Assembly (NCBI GenBank): GCA_963754945.1
Contig: CAVWIG010000052.1
Span: 1 to 28,677, forward strand
Length of the DNA: 28,677 nt
DNA from: Methanotrichaceae archaeon
GTDB taxonomy: Archaea > Halobacteriota > Methanosarcinia > Methanotrichales > Methanotrichaceae
Direction: 5' to 3'
The translations under genes were made by a program, and so were the position numbers. Positions 27,172 to 28,677 of this stretch are shown here, piece by piece (the first letter of the stretch is position 1; every line of letters starts with the position of its first letter). The notes beneath the pieces were generated by a model. The model saw only the letters and a list, made by a program, of their open reading frames with translations. It made no database searches and had not been told where the DNA came from.

Positions 27172-27413
27172 GGTCGACTCCTCCTTCTGTGCTTCGAGCT
27201 GTCAATATATCAACATTTCCCGATTTGCTCCTTCATGTTTCCGCTCTCGCGTTCCTTTTGAGGAATCGGGGGATGAAGATGATGATTGGTTATCTTTCGT
27301 CTTTGCTGCTATAGGTTTTAGTGGCTATTTTTGATGTGCTCCGGTAAGGAGCATTCCGCTGAAGATTTCTCCCAATGATCGGGCTCCTGTTCATGCTCTT
27401 ATTATTCAGGCTC

Positions 27414-28154
27414 CTATATTTCCAGCACCACGTCGTCACAGCCGACGACCACGTTGCTGAAATTCGTGATGTTCTTCACAGCGTCCAGCCGTTCCTGAAT
27501 GGTCGTGTACCTTCCGGCATCGAAGTGAGTCAGTGCCAGCCTCTTCGCCTTTGCCCGCCTGGCAATCTCCGCAGCGTCCTGTGGGTTCAGGTGGGGCCAC
27601 TCCGGGCTCTGCTCGCCCGGCTTGTGGGAGCACTCGGTTATGAGAAGATCGGCGTCCTCAGCCAGCAGCACGGCGTTCTCGCAGATCCCCGTATCGGGGC
27701 AGTAGGTCACTACTTTGCCGTCCAGATCGAAGCGGTAGCCCATGCATGGCGATGCGTGGACCAGGAACCGGCACTCCAATGGGAATGGAAGCTTGTAGGG
27801 CCCTTCGGAAAGCTCGCGGACCTCGACGCCGAAGGGCAGCTTGCTCAAAGGAACAGTGAAGGGCTCGTTTACGATTGTCTCCAGAACCTGTCTGGTGCCT
27901 TTCTGGCCGAAGATGCGTAGATCCTGCGAAAAGCGGAACTTGTTCAGGACGTGAAGGCCTTCAATGTGGTCCAGGTGGAAGTGAGAGAGGAAGAGATAGA
28001 CGGGCAAGTCGTCACGAATGTAGCGGTCGGCCTTGTAGATGCCGTTGCCAGCGTCGAGGATGATGTGGTACTTTTCGGAGTTGATGAGGGTGCAGATGGT
28101 GTTGCCTGTGTCGGTGTCATACCAGCCGTTGGTGCCAAGGAAGATGACTTTCAA
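27414..28154 (-). CDS. MBL-fold metallo-hydrolase, RNase Z/BN-like
   Basis: FLGTNG, LDAG, SHFHLDH, PDT, ITEC and LTHF motifs. Confidence 0.9.
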   Translation of the reverse strand: MKVIFLGTNGWYDTDTGNTICTLINSEKYHIILDAGNGIYKADRYIRDDLPVYLFLSHFHLDHIEGLHVLNKFRFSQDLRIFGQKGTRQVLETIVNEPFTVPLSKLPFGVEVRELSEGPYKLPFPLECRFLVHASPCMGYRFDLDGKVVTYCPDTGICENAVLLAEDADLLITECSHKPGEQSPEWPHLNPQDAAEIARRAKAKRLALTHFDAGRYTTIQERLDAVKNITNFSNVVVGCDDVVLEI

Positions 28155-28155
28155 G

Positions 28156-28677
28156 TTAATTCTCCAAAGGGCCGGAGCCCTGCCACTCTGCCAGCTTCTG
28201 CCTTACTTTCTCAACATGAGGACTTTCGATCTGCTCGAAGATATTGAGCGCTTGTTTTGCATGATCGATCGCGTTCTGCCACTGGCCGAGATCGCTCAAA
28301 ACCAAGCTTATGCCCCATAAAGCTTTTCCTTCACCTAGGCGGTATCTAATATTCCGAGCAATCTTTAAAGACTGACCATAAAATCCTATCGCCTGGCTTT
28401 TATCTCCCATGGCAGCATATGTAGAGCCTAGATTGCCCAAATCGATACTTTCTGCTCGACTATCTCCTATTTCTTGACTAATCTTCAATGCATGTTTATG
28501 AAACTCTAAGGCTCGATTATGATTATCAAGCAGTTCATAGGCATTGCCAAGGTTGCCAAATATATTTCCCTCACCTCGCCTGTCCCCAATCTTTCTTGCA
28601 ATTTCCAATTGTTGTTCATAAAAATGGATGGCTCGTTGAATTTCTCCAAGATTCTTGTAAGCGATTCCCATATTGCC
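28156..28677 (-). CDS. Tetratricopeptide repeat protein, 5'-partial
   Basis: 40-residue TPR units (GNLG.AY...A..FY...L.IAR.IGDRRGEG); the frame is open to the window edge. Confidence 0.92.
   Translation of the reverse strand, partial: GNMGIAYKNLGEIQRAIHFYEQQLEIARKIGDRRGEGNIFGNLGNAYELLDNHNRALEFHKHALKISQEIGDSRAESIDLGNLGSTYAAMGDKSQAIGFYGQSLKIARNIRYRLGEGKALWGISLVLSDLGQWQNAIDHAKQALNIFEQIESPHVEKVRQKLAEWQGSGPLEN

Noticed and set aside
27375-28320. Long + strand ORFs antisense to the MBL hydrolase and TPR genes, and similar shadows elsewhere
   Set aside because: Antisense shadows of genes that have clear motifs on the other strand.
1-28677. CRISPR array, rRNA or tRNA genes, or an intein in rfcS
   Set aside because: No repeat-spacer periodicity, cloverleaf or rRNA motif was seen by eye; rfcS has a normal length (319 aa).

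Overview
Archaeal genomic window. Gene content and style (gas vesicle genes, COG1361 protein, RND/MMPL operon, rfcS, GGAGG ribosome-binding sites, BRE/TATA promoters) point to a methanogen, probably Methanothrix/Methanosarcinales-like; this is inferred, not searched. From left to right: a degraded IS66 element that truncates a gvpL/F gene; a minus-strand partial gas vesicle operon with unusual GvpA/J fusions (tandem GRAM/PH-like domains and a shared CxxC-x13-CxxC zinc ribbon); a transposase-less IS200/IS605 right-end relic; two tandem Lrp/AsnC regulators; an RND (frameshifted)-COG1361-RDD operon flanked by two GbsR-like regulators; dedA; two secreted proteins; a candidate 274-nt highly structured ncRNA with its own promoter (16851-17124, the most novel-looking signal); uspA; arsM; an RDD gene with a duplicated N-terminus; a tyrosine-integrase relic with truncated AT-rich cargo; a ytfJ/DUF2953 operon; an MFS transporter, YkgJ-like protein, panE and a polyferredoxin; rfcS with no canonical start codon; an RNase Z-like hydrolase; and a partial TPR gene.
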